A stretch of 64,000 nt of DNA from Octopus vulgaris (GCA_951406725.2 OX597820.1:15500001-15564000), one strand, 5' to 3'. Counted from the stretch's first letter, positions 39,828 to 52,687 are shown. Notes: generated by a model from the sequence alone, not told the origin. A program made the numbers and translations.

Positions 39828-40341
39828 ACAGAGATACTCATCCACAACTTCTATGCAATATCAAGACAAGGGAACACAAATATGCACACACACACACGCA
39901 TGCATACATGTGTACACTGACACTCACACACATGTAAGACAGGTCTCTTTCAACCTTCAAATCCACTTACAAAATCTTGGCCAGCCAGGGGCTACAGTAG
40001 AAGACACCTACCCAATGTCCCAGTAAATATATAAATACATGACCTGCTTCTTTTGATTTCCTTCAACCAAATCCATTTGCAAGGTTTTTGTTGGCTTACG
40101 TATAGAGTAGAAGACACTTGCCCAAGGTGCCATGCAGTAGGACTGAACCCGAGATCACATGGTTGGGAAGCAAGCTTCTTAACCACACAGCCATGCCTGT
40201 GCCTATGAAATAATCCCCGAGATACTATTTGAAACATTAAGATTTGGCATTACAAAATGTAGTTTAGGTTTGTAATGAAATTTGAATTCTTATTTTATTT
40301 TCAGCTTATCTCAGTCTACTTAGCTTAACTCTTTCAATGAC

Positions 40342-40762
40342 GAAAATACTATCTTCCCAGAATTGAGGTGGTTTCATGGCAAAGAATTCATCAAGGTATC
40401 TTTTTACGTCATCCAAGGAATTGAAATTTTTACCATTAAGACTATTCTGCAGAGACCTGAATAAGTGGAAATCCGAAGGAGCAATACCTGGTGAATATGG
40501 AGGGTGGGGTAACACATCCCAGCCGAGCTGCAGCAATTTTTGTCTGGTTCCCGAAGCGTCAAGTGCTTAAAATGAACTTTCTTATCTTCCATTTTAATGG
40601 GTTACAGAATTAACACAGGTTATAGGAACATAATCCTTCTTCCACGAAAAGATAGCTTAAATGGAGGTGTAGTCAAATCCTATTTTATGGACTCAACCAT
40701 GTTCTAAAATAAGTCGAAAGGTAAGCTACTATAAATCGGCATGAACTTTTCGGACAACCCAA
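40342..40762 (-). mobile_element. Internally deleted mariner element
   Basis: TA|TTGGGTTGTCCGAAAAGTTC TIR; N-terminal MEDKKVHFKHL fused to LLQLGWDVLPHPPYSPGIAPSDFHLFRSLQNSL (YSPDLAPSD motif). Confidence 0.88.
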
Positions 40763-40779
40763 TAAAACCAAACAACTTA

Positions 40780-40848
40780 TATGCACTTTCTGACAAGTTG
40801 TGGTGCACCTGAGCACTGTATACAATAATTTCATTATTACATTATTAT
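40780..40848 (+). mobile_element. CR1-family extreme 3' end
   Basis: AAGTTGTGGTGCACCTGAGCACTGTATACAATAAT matches the CR1 tail at about 50770-50810. Confidence 0.65.
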
Positions 40849-42202
40849 AACTTACATGCACACACACACTTCATAAGAGTTGTTGCTTTTTCAGCAATAA
40901 TTTTTGTTTGTATTGTAATGTAAAATTATTCCACAGTGATTTTATCAGTAAGAAATGTAACAAAATAAAATAGTTCTGGAGTTAGATTTAGATATTTTGT
41001 GTGTCTATAACTGAATATCTGAATATATTATATTTCCACATAGAAATGATGTGTTAATCAAGGAGAAAAAGTGATGCCAGAGAAGTAAGGGAGAGAACAA
41101 ATTGAAAAAAAAGTTACTGATTTTATGTTTATTTCCCTTAGCTTGTAAACTACGAAATTCTTAGGTGAATAAAGCAATGTAAATTATATCTGATATAAAA
41201 AGCAAACAACACTTACCACAAAGTGGTTTATTGATTGGGAAGAAAAACAAAGACTTAAAAAAAAAAACAATTTAAGTAATTCACTGAATTATCTAAAATT
41301 TCAAAAGATTCTTGAAAGAAAAAAAAAAAAAAGATTGTTTGATGGATAAAGCTAGAAGGTTTCTATCTTGCAAGGAAATGTAGACATTACATAAAAGAAA
41401 AAAAAAATGTGTGCTTCAGATTATTTATGTATTTGGTTCTGTTTCACTAGTGTAGTTGGGTGGGCAGTGACGATTTTATGGGGCAGCACCTTTGGGTCTG
41501 CTATCAATAAGTCAGGCAAACTCAAGGGTTATCCCAAGTAGCACATACTCTAAATGTGCCACTGTTTTGTTTATATACTATCTATCTAATACTAATGTTT
41601 ACATTCAATATACAGAAATTCATTTTTTTGTACAAGTCTAGATTGATAACAGCTTGATACTTAAAAAAAATTAAGTGCAAAGATCATTGACTTGTGAGCA
41701 TAAAAAGAAAAATGTTATTTTAACATTCACAATCAGTATAAGAAACATAGCTGTTCTGATTTTCTATTTCCTTTGATTTAAAACCAAGAATTTATACACG
41801 AGTTTAATGCAGGCTTGGCTGTGTAGTTGCCATTCATTGAGAAACAAATACAAAGAATAGAAAGATAAGTTAGGATGTTTATGTGTTAAAAGCAAACTAC
41901 CGTGAGGCCCTGTTTAGTCCTTTTGCAACCATATTTTAATAGAACTACACCACATTTATTTCAACTAATTTTGAAAAAAAATAGAGTTTAATAAAATATC
42001 TTGGTTATTGTGAAGCTGGTAATTGGAACATAAAATTAACATTAAATTTTAATTTAATTCAATTTATATACAAAGTTTGTATCATAGAAGTCTCGGGCAG
42101 GTTGGTATCCAAAGGGTAACATATGAGTATCAAAAAAGAATTGTGAAAAGCCTACATGAATTTTTTTTTTAATGATCTTCACTAATGGATTAACATTTAA
42201 AA

Positions 42203-42500
42203 AAGAAACCCATCACCTATGAATATATTAGTAAGAAGCAAATAGCTGGTCTACCATATGAGACTTATTTTTAAATACAAAAGGGAAATTAAACCGGAAT
42301 TCACTGTGAATTTACCTTACAGCAAGTAGATGGGTGAAAAAGCACATGGTTGTGTGGTTAGGAAGCTTGCTTTGAAACTACAAGGTTTTAGGTTCAAACC
42401 CCACTGAGTAGCACCTTGAACAAGTGTCTTCTACTGTAGCTGGGGTCAATTAATGCCTTGTGAGTGGATATGGTAGGCAGAAACTGTGAGGAAGCCCATC
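42203..42500 (+). repeat. Local duplication unit (unique flank plus SINE A head), partner at 49308-49596
   Basis: Shared non-SINE sequence CTGGTCTACCATATGAGACTTATTTT...GCAAGTAGATGGGTGAAAAAG and shared SINE variants. Confidence 0.8.
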
Positions 42501-43229
42501 ATATGTGCATGTATGCGCATGTGCACACATCTTTGCATTTGTGTTAATCCCTCCTCACCACCACCCCTTGACTGATTGGGAGGTTTGACTTCATGACCCA
42601 GCAGTTCAACAAAAATGACTGATAGAGTAAGTATCAGATTTTAACCAAAAAAAAAAAAAAAAAAAACCGAGAGTGATTTGCTTAATTAAAATCTGTCAAG
42701 GCATTACCTCAGTATAACCTCAATCCAATTATTGAAACAAGTAAAAGATAAACGACAGAAGATAATCCTCAGGAAGTACATTTTTAAGAATAATACTGAG
42801 GCGTATCAGTATATTCTTCAAATTCCTCACCAGAGTAAAACTTACCCAAAAGTGTTATTAATGTCATTAATAATATGTTAGGAAAAGGTTTTTCAAAAGG
42901 AGAAAATGAATGAACTCTAATAAAATAAACAAACATTATAAAGCTCTAATGGATGCAAAATATCAAAAGGATAGTTAATACATATGGTGTGAGGAAGGAA
43001 ATCACAGATGCTTATGGAATGAAATGTCAATTTAACAAAGACCGATAGTGGAAAATCTGGAAAATTAAAGAAATAGTACTCCATGTAGCTTTTACATGTA
43101 ACATGTAGTCCTTGACATACTGATAACTAAATCTGATATTGGTTCCATATGGTTGATATTAACGAGTAATTGAATTTAAATATCTTTAAATTGTGCTAAT
43201 TATACAATAGCCCTGTGTTTTTGGGGGAT

Positions 43230-44390
43230 TAATACCCTTCATTTCCATGTACCCGTTCATCTTCTCTGCCCACAATTCCTTGGAAGGTTGTTGGAGTAGA
43301 GCCCTCAGACACCTCCTCCATAGGAAGAGCCCTATCAGAAGCAACCATCATTAGACTTTCTGGCTGGATTCTCAAGCACAACCAACTGAGATTATGGATA
43401 TCATTCAACCATCTCATTCTTGGTCTACCCTTAAGTCTCCTGTTGTTTGGCTCAGCTTGAAGAAGAATTTGTCCTGCAGTCTTTTCCTAGGACATTCTAA
43501 TCACATGTCCATAGTACAAAGAGCTGTGCCCTCTCAATGCAAAGAAGTAGCAGTTCAAACCACAGAGACTCCCTGATCTCCGAGCAAGGCACTCTGTCGA
43601 GTAACGTTACTGCAGAGATCCTTCAGAGGAACCCCATTTTGTCCATTCGTGTCCATTGCCAGCCTCGCCTGGCCCCCGTGCCGGTGGCACGTAGCACCAT
43701 CCGTTCGTGGGGCCCCCGTGCCGGTGGCACGTAAAAGCACCATCCGTTCGTGGCCGTTTGCCAGCTCCGTTTGGCACCTGTGCGGGTGGCATGTAAAAAG
43801 CACCCACTACACTCACGGAGTGGTTGGCGTTAGGAAGGGCATCCAGCCATAGAAACACTGCCAGATCAGACTGGGCCTGATGCAGCCTTCTGGCTTCACA
43901 GACCCCAGTTGAACCGTCCAACCCATGCTAGCATGGAAAGCGGACGCTAAATGATGATGATGATGATGATGACGATGATGATTCATGACCACAGGTGAGG
44001 ATGGACAGGCATGAAAACCAAAACGAAGGTAGAGAGTTTGGCTTTTATTCCAATCTCTTCTCTTTTGAGGATCAAAAGATGGAGCTGGAGCTTGTGCATT
44101 ACTGTATCAGTACCTGCAATTCAAGCATCCAGTCCAGCCTCTTATTTCTCATTACTCATGATTATGGCAGCCCCGAGATACACAAACTTCTTCTTGCCTC
44201 AGTGACATTCCACTAACAAGCAGAGTGTACGCAGAAGACTGTTCTCCAGGTATTTTCAATTCAGTCTTTCTTTTTGAAATACATATTCAAATATGTCCTG
44301 GGATGGTGTTCAAAAGAGTGTCAGGCTCATGTCTATGACAGTTAAACTTACACATTAGAACCATTGACTGGAGCCGTTCTTCTTGCTTGC
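43230..44390 (-). mobile_element. Decayed RTE LINE interrupted by a family C element (about 43640-43982, +)
   Basis: KAKLSTF...ILTCGHES near 44000; YYGHVIRMS...KGRPRMRWLNDI near 43400-43520. Confidence 0.7.
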
Positions 44391-44854
44391 TATCCCCACC
44401 ACCATCTCAACACAGCATTTCTGTTCTTTATCAAAACTTAAAAACACAGACAGATAAATTGATAGAATCTTTTTACAGGAAATTCAGAGTAACGTTTTCA
44501 AAAAAAAAAAAATTATTTTATTTATTTATGTTCTCTAGTCTGACACTGCTATGCCGATATCTTCAAAGTACATTAAGATATTTCAAAAGAAAATGTAAGG
44601 GAACTGAGAGAATACAATACCAGTTCTGAATTGATTTCCTTAGTATTCTGAGATGAGTGGGTAGAGGAAATCTGATTCCTCTTCGTTTCAAGTTCATTGG
44701 AGTAGATAAAATCTTTAACGTTCAATAATATATGATACCAGCAAAGTACTCTTCAGCTTCAATTATTCTAGGCTTCCTCACCTATAATTTATTTCTCTTT
44801 TTTTTTTTTTACTCTTCAACATATATATATATATAAAACAATACACACAAAACA

Positions 44855-44919
<65 letters not shown>

Positions 44920-45969
44920 CCACACAGCTACAGTTGCAGACATATACACTCTTAAATAAACTAGTCATGACAACTCTTTAGCATTTGGAAACTAAACCAA
45001 AGTAAAAAATCAGTCAAGAGTAGGAAAAAAAAATCTTTTAAATCTTCAAAGTAAATCAAATTTTTGGATACAAGTAAGACAAAAATAATATATTTTTTTT
45101 TATATTGATAATTCCACCCAAGATTAAATAAAATGGCCAATCTGCTTAAATTGAATTCATTCCCAAGAATTGAAAAAAAAGAAAAGAAAAGCAAAGTAAA
45201 GAGATAAAGTAAAATAAAAGAACCATCAGATATATTATATAAGTAGCATCGTATAAAACAAAATAAACAAAACAACCCTCTTTCTCACCACTGTAATTGG
45301 CAGCTTTGTATTTTTATAACTTCATTTTTTTTTTTTCATTTATCTACTATTTGAATATTTTTTTTATTACTCTGGGTCACACTTTCTCTCTCTTCACAAA
45401 ATGGATGGGAACTATCCCCTTGATAGAATTACAGCACCATTACAGTTCTTGGTTTAGCATTACTGTGTTTAGCATTACACATACACACCTACATGCACTT
45501 ACATACGTGTGTGTGTGTGCGTGTACATTATTCTTTTTCTCCCCCACTGGTAATCTTTTACTTTTAAAAAGAGAACCACTATCAAATCATTGCTTCAGGA
45601 GGTAGTCATTATATAATTGAATCTAATAGGAAAAAACCAAAAAAAAAAAACCCAATACTTTACTTCCTTTCTTTATAGTACAATAACTGACCTATCTGCT
45701 GCTAGGCATTAAATTCCGACAATCATTTGTTATGTTCCATTTATGTGATACTATGACTCATTCCAACTAAAAGCAAGAGACAGCCAAGCCAGTAAGATGG
45801 TTTCTGTTTAGTTTCTTAAACTCTTCAACATTAGAACCTAAATAGATTTATCTTGGAAAACTTTTTATCACCACTAAAATGCTGGCTGTGTTTTAAATCA
45901 AAAATCTCAAGACAGCTTGCCTAAAATGAAAGAACAAATGGCCATGATTTGAAGGCTGGTGGGACAATG

Positions 45970-46296
45970 AAAAGTTTAACTAAACTGATATGCCAAACCC
46001 ATTGGCACATTTGGACTGCTGTAAAGTGTAGATTGTCCAAATGCATTGAGTTGGTACTCAATGCAATTGGACAATTCATAATTTATTGGTTTGTTTCAGT
46101 AGAACCAACGTGAAATATTCATTAACACTGTCAAAAGAATGCAGATGATATAGTCTAAAGTGTCCAGAAACAGAAATTATATAAGCTTTTCAGCTTGTCA
46201 AAGAAAGCAAAGGAGAAATTCAAATAAGACAAGTTTGTATGAACACAAACACACACTCTCTCTTTCTCTCTCTACACTCAACACTCTCTCTTTCTT

Positions 46297-46328
<32 letters not shown>

Positions 46329-46579
46329 GCAAATGTAAATTTTCACATTGTTCATACAAAAACAAATTTTTAAAATCACATAAATGATAAATGAGCAAGA
46401 GTGTCAACTGGAAATCAGACTAAATATCATATTCTTAATATGTTACCATTTAGATAGTTGTCTTCAAAACAATGCAGTTCCAATAGATGTGCTTACAAAA
46501 GTAACATTTATATGCAGTGTACATATTAATCAAAAAGAAAAACACACAGTAAACATAAACATCTTAATGTATGGTGCAT
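45970..46579 (+). repeat. About 610-bp direct duplication, copy 1
   Basis: Aligns to 47333-47940 with few substitutions and indels. Confidence 0.92.
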
Positions 46580-46624
46580 GATGTTCTTTTTTTAGTTTTT
46601 ATATTATGCAAAATTTTGACTATC

Positions 46625-47147
46625 CATTTCTTGGTCATATGATAAGAAAAGAGGACCTGGTGAATTTAGCAATGGCTGGAAAAATTGAAGGGAAAAGAAG
46701 CAAGGGAAGGATGATGTGGATGTCAAGCTTAATAAACTGGATGGAAGAAAGAGGCATTAAACATCAGGAAGTGGAATTATTACAGAAAATGAATGTTGTG
46801 ATTTTAGTTTTGATTACGTGATTTTGATTGTCTCGATTGCTGTTATATGCCTGCACTGCGACTGCGCGGAATTCTGTTCTGTTTGCAGACGACATGTTCA
46901 GCGTTGATTTTAGTTAGTCAAGAATGTAAAAACTTGCTGCATAAAAAATGTTATTGCGTTGAAGTTTGGCTTTGCTTACAATTTAGCAATCTTTGTTTGT
47001 ATTGTACATTACTGTATTTTTAGTCGATTAAAACCTTTTAAACTTTGATATTCGAGTTTGGGTTTATAACAATGAAGAACAGAGAATTGTGGTCGGACAT
47101 GATCGCCTATGTCCTACATTCTGGACATGGCATCTAAAGAAAGAAAG
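46625..47147 (+). mobile_element. RTE LINE 3' end interrupted by a solo LTR
   Basis: FLGHMIRKEDLVNLAMAGKIEGKRSKGR...LLQKMK|NRELWSDMIAYVLHSGHGI* reads through once the LTR and one TSD are removed. Confidence 0.85.
46794..47071 (+). mobile_element. Solo LTR, 278 bp
   Basis: TGTTGT...ATAACA ends, 5-bp TSD ATGAA on both sides, ATTAAA near the 3' end. Confidence 0.85.
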
Positions 47148-47332
47148 ATTCAGTAATAAAACTAATTTTCTCCATATCAATTCAGTGATTCAGAAATGTT
47201 TGTATGGCTTGAGGCTGAGGCAAAAATTGTCTCCTTTAACACAATCATTACACATGTCAACATGACATTTTCCTCCCACCCACCATTCTTTGGAAATAAA
47301 TAACATGTAACTAGAATTCTCAAGGTCACTAC

Positions 47333-47940
47333 AAAAGTTTAACTAAGCTGATATGCCAAACCCATTGGCACATTTGGACTGCTGTAAAGTATAGATTGTC
47401 CAAATGCATTGAGTTGGTACTCAATGCAATTGGACAATTCATAATTTATTGGTTTGTTTCAGTAGAACCAACGTGAAATATTCATCAACACTGTCAAAAG
47501 TGTCCAGAAACATAGAAATTATATAAGCTTTTCAGTTTGTCAAAAAAAGAAAAGTAGAAATTCAAATAAGACAAGTTTGTATGAACACAAACACACACTC
47601 TCTCTTTCTCTCTCTTTCTTTTTCTCTCTCTCTCTCTCTCTCTCTCACACGCACACACACATACAAATATAACTTTTCACATTGTTCATACAAAAACAAA
47701 TTTTAAAAATCACATAAACGATAAATGAGAAAGAGTGTCAACTGGAAATCAAACTAAAAATCATATTCTTAATATGTTACCATTTAGATAGTTGTCAGGA
47801 TAACAATTCTTCCATTTGGTCTTCAAAACAATGCAGTTCCAATAGATGTGCTTACAAAAGTAACATTTATATGCAGTGTTCATATTCATTAGGAAAAGAA
47901 AAACACCCAGTAAACATAAACATCTTAATGTATGGTGCAT
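47333..47940 (+). repeat. About 610-bp direct duplication, copy 2
   Basis: See 45970-46579. Confidence 0.92.
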
Positions 47941-47944
47941 CACC

Positions 47945-48400
47945 ATCTCTGAGCATGTCTCTTGGAGAATACACATTTCCAAAATATTCTACAATTTCTC
48001 ACAAATACTGATCTTTTTTAGAGCCACAGAATTCTTTAGCTCTCAACAATTACAAACTCCCTAAAAGGACTAACAATGGAATACCACTCCTATATATGGG
48101 ATACTGCTGCTGCTGCATGTACAGACATCCTCTCCGTTGATTTGTATTAATTCACATCAACATACTCCAATCACTGGACCACAGACATACTGTCTCATCT
48201 CATCTCATCTCCTGACCTTATCTATTTCTGTCACCACACATTGGTCTTTACTCCTCATAATTGGTCTGACAGACACTCCTCACTTAATCATCTCTTCTAC
48301 TAATCTACAGCATTCGCCATCAACTTTAGCCCCCACACTAGATTACTTTGCTTAATCCTTATTCCTTGGAACATAAGCCCTCAAAAATGCCCTCTCGTCA
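47945..48400 (+). mobile_element. Old Jockey/CR1-type LINE RT C-terminal relic
   Basis: EHVSWRIHISKI...FFSSQQLQT...TMEYHSYIWD. Confidence 0.55.
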
Positions 48401-48974
48401 CTTGTTTTTCATGTAGCTGTCAACTTTGTTGTCAAAGCAAATAATCAAATCAAAAGTCCTGGATTCCACCCCATCCAGATGATTGACTTTCAGTAGCATT
48501 CACCCCACCATGTTAGAATCTCACCACCTTCTCTCTCATTCTAATCCAGGTTGTTGTAGGGTGACATATTTTTAAGCTTATTCGATTCAATTATTATTGT
48601 TATTATATTATTGTATATTTAATGGTATCAAATACCTTGCAGCATTTAGTCTTCACCTGCTAAATTCTGACTTCAAAATCTCAAAGTTCAGTTTGGATTT
48701 TATTTATCTAAAGTCAATAAAATAAGAGCCATTAAGTAACTGTTATCACAATAATACTACTCCTTCTTAATGTCAATAAAATAAGAGCCATTAATTTATA
48801 ACTGTTATCACAATCATACTAGTCCTTCCACTGCAATGACTGGTCATTAGCCAGAGCCAGGCTAAATTCATTATATTATTTTAGGGTTGCTTCTGTCTTC
48901 TAAATTTAAATCCACATTGTTTGACTTTACCAGTCATCCTTTTGAGTCATTAAAATAAGTCTTAATAATACTAT

Positions 48975-49138
48975 ATGCACAGGCATGGCTGTGTGGTAAG
49001 AAGCTTGCTTCACAACCGCATGGTTTGGGGTTCAGTCCCACTGTGTGGCACCTTATGGAAGTGTCTTCTACAATAGCCTTGGGCCAACCAAAATCTTGTG
49101 AGTGGATTTGGTAGGTGGAAACTGAAGGAAGTCTGTTG

Positions 49139-49199
<61 letters not shown>

Positions 49200-49300
49200 T
49201 TGTGTGTCTGCGTTTGTCCACCTGTCATCATCGCTTGACAACAGATGTTGGTGTGTTTATGTCACCATAACATAGTGATTCAGCAAAATAGACCAACTGA
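48975..49300 (+). mobile_element. SINE family A
   Basis: Head, microsatellite and part of body. Confidence 0.8.
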
Positions 49301-49595
49301 ATATACAGAAGAAACCTGTCACCTACGAATACCTTACTAAGAAGCAAATATCTGGTCTACCATATGAGACTTATTTTCAAATATAAAAGGGAAATTAAAC
49401 CACAATTCACCTTATAGCAAGTAGATGGGTGAAAAAGTACATGGTTGTGTGGTGAAGAAGCTTGCTTTGAAACTACATGGTTTTAGGTTCAAACCCCACT
49501 GAGTAGAATCTTGAACAAGTGTCTTCTACTATAGCCCTGGGCCAACCAAATGCCTTGTGAGTGGATTTGGCAGGCAGAAACTGTGGGGAGGCCCA

Positions 49596-50801
49596 TCTCT
49601 ATATATATAAATGGCAAAATGTCTGAGTGTGTGTCCTTTATACAAATGCACAATTTTTCAGTTAGAGAGCTCGCACTTTCTATGGTCATTCAAAACCGTC
49701 CAAGGGTGGTCGTGCACATCTTTACATTTCCCCAGTCACCCCGCAAAGCCATTAAAAAATCAATAGAAGTGATGTTTGGTGAATTTTCTATCCCCAAAAC
49801 CCAATCAAAATGCCCGAAACTTGATACACCAATTGAATGTCATCGGGTGTACCACAGGGATCTGTCCTTGGCCCCCTCTTGTTTGTGGCATACATTAACG
49901 ACATAGATGCCAATTTAAAGAATGCCACAGTATTGAAATATGCAGACGACATCAAGCTGTACCTTGAAATCAAGAGGACAGATCCTGATGTCTACAACTC
50001 TTTCCTGCAATCAGACCATAGACACAATGCAGCAATGGATCACAGACTGGCAACTGAAACTGGCTGTGGACAAGTGTACCACCATGCATTTTGGGAGAAA
50101 AAACCCTGCGTTCACATACTCCCTCCACAACACTGATATCAAGAAATCCTCTTGCGAGCGTGACCTAGGCATCACTGTCAGCAGTGATTTGCGTTGGTCA
50201 AAGCATATCTCTAAGATTGTCAGGAAGGCCGAGGGTGTCTTGGCATCACTCAGCAGGTCTTTTGTTAGCTGCTCTCCAGCCATCTATTTAAAACTGTATA
50301 CAGCTATGGTACGACCACACTTGGAATTCGCATCATCAGTTTGGAACCCCTATCTTGCACAGAACATTGACCTCCTGGAATCTGTCCAGAGACGTGCAAC
50401 CAAACGCATACCCTCCATCAGACACCTACCATATTCTGAGCGCCTTGTTTCCCTGGGCATGGATTCACTGAAGCTCCGGCGTTTGGCGACGGACTTGGTA
50501 AACACCCACAAAGTTATCAACCACCTCACCAACAACAACACTGAACACCTTTTTGATCTCCATGTGTCTAACACACGTGGACATGCCTACAAAGTCAGAA
50601 AACAATACAGCTCCCATGACTTTCGGAAACATTTTTTCACGCTCAGAGTTGCTGAAGCATGGAATAAACTGCCTGCGTCAGTTGTTGACTGCCATGACAC
50701 TGCATCTTTTAAGGCCCTCATGCTTTCCGAAATCCGCCGAAACTTCACCTGATTATATATACACTTTAGATGAGTTGTAGTGCACCTGAGCACTGTACAC
50801 A

Positions 50802-50841
<40 letters not shown>

Positions 50842-50955
50842 GCTGTATGTAATTGGTTGGAGATTTGGACAGGACTTGCGTGTATGTGTGCACGCATGCA
50901 GCTGTATATGTATGCACTAGCACTATGACCCGGCGTTGCTGGGTCATAGTGTTAG
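49596..50955 (+). mobile_element. Helitron family 2 copy split by a CR1 insertion
   Basis: 49596-49842 and 50841-50955 together match the reverse complement of 13982-14332. Confidence 0.85.
49843..50840 (+). mobile_element. 5'-truncated young CR1-clade LINE (RT core plus thumb, one frameshift near 50015)
   Basis: [14 protein letters not shown]...YINDI...YADDIKL, then [10 protein letters not shown]...ERDLGITVSSDLRW...WNKLP; stop at 50752; (ATT)n tail. Confidence 0.95.
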
Positions 50956-51559
50956 TCATATATAAAGCTGATAGAATAAGAACCAATAAAGTACCAGGGG
51001 TTAATGTTATCAACTTGCACCTTCCTCTCAAAATTGCTGGCTGTTTATCAAAATTAGAAAGGAAAAAAATAATAATATTGTGATAGACTCAATTAACAAT
51101 ACACTTCTCTTAAAAAATTGGCACTGTGCCTATGAAACCAATTAATATGAAATATAGTATGAATATTAAACAAGTACTTTAAAATCAAATACAGACTATT
51201 ATTATTTAGGGTGATTAATTTATCACACACAGACACACACAATGCACTTGGTAATTCAGATCTGCAAAGCAGACAAATGGTAAGTTTGCCAAAGTTGTAC
51301 TTTGCATGCTGACAAAGCAAATATTGACAGGTAATATATATGAAAATTAATTGCAAGAAATGCAACAGCAGTTTAATATATGGAAACTATAACTCAATAT
51401 TGATAGAAAGTAATATTTATCGAGTTTTTACCAGATGATAGTCAAGAACAGATTATATATTCAAAATAAACATCAATTGTTAGTTTATTTTCATTGCAAT
51501 CCCATTACATCATCATAATCTTCATCATCCTGTGTTTTAAATCCAGGTTTTGTTCCTGT

Positions 51560-52020
51560 TAACGGGGGTGAATGGATCTACCTCAATGCCATAGCAACCA
51601 CCCATACACCATCTCACCCAGTTTTGGGCATCTTCTCTTCTCTTCCCAAGCCAAACCTCCCAATCTCCTCCTCCACCTGTCCCCTCCACGTTTTCTTCGG
51701 CCTACCTCGCTTTCGCAGTCCATTTACCCCAGTCTCAAGCACCCTCCTCATCCCTCCTCAACACATGCCCATATCACTGCACTCCATATGCCCTTGCCAG
51801 CATTCCACCTATTCTTTCAACTCCAGCATCCCCATCAAGTCCTCAGTCCTCCTCTTATCAAACAGCTTCACACCACACATTTCTCTCACCATTGCTCTCT
51901 CAGTCCTTCTCAAAATTGCTATCTCTCTATCCCTCAGACACCATGTCTCACTCCCATAGCAACTCTCATGCAACTCCTATAGACCCTTCCTTTCATCTTC
52001 AATGAGACCCTTTTCCCATA
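51560..52020 (-). mobile_element. Decayed RTE RT C-terminal fragment
   Basis: YGSETWCLRDREIAILRRTERAMVREMCGV...YGHVLRRD...RKRGRPKKTW. Confidence 0.8.
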
Positions 52021-52457
52021 TAACAATACAAAATATTAAAACCTTACACTAATTCCAATCCTACATGCATACATCACAAACATAAATGTCTGTACATGTG
52101 TATATGCTTGTGAATGTAGTCACTTTTGTTTATTTGAAAGATAGTATGCATTTTTAAAGATCACATTTATGGAAAGCAGAACAAGAATATCTTAATTATC
52201 CTTGACAATATGATGTAGCAGCAGTGACCACTGTTAATGCTAAATTTTCTCAAATTGCTTAACCCTAGAAAACCCTTGTGGATCATCTCTTCTTCTGTAA
52301 TACTTATAATATATCTACACGAATACACTAGATTTATGCAATTATGTTTCAGCTAAATAAAACCTTTACAAGTATATTTCACTACAGTATTGCTAAGAAT
52401 AAAAGTTTTGTATATCATAATTGAATTTCTGTTTAATAATCATTCTGGTTAAAACAT

Positions 52458-52687
52458 CTAACCCTTCTGTTAAAATATTTCTGTTGAGATGCTCTGTGTT
52501 TCTTTCAATTAATTTTAAATATAACCAAGAATTTAGTAAAATAACTTCATTATCATTAAGCTAGTGTTAGGAACATAAATTGTGACTAAAGTTTGGTGGA
52601 AGATTTTAATTCAGAACTTTTGGAAACAAAACATTTGTACTACAGAGCTAGAGGCGGTTTCAGCCAGGTCAGTATCAAAAGGGCTAA
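52458..52687. mobile_element. piggyBac-like MITE
   Basis: CTAACCCTTCTGTTA...TATCAAAAGGGCTAA; decayed relative at about 41913-42120. Confidence 0.6.

Noticed and set aside
47083-47102. AGAATTGTGGTCGGACAT resembling a miR-219 3p arm
   Set aside because: It is in-frame RTE coding sequence (RELWSDM) and has no hairpin partner.
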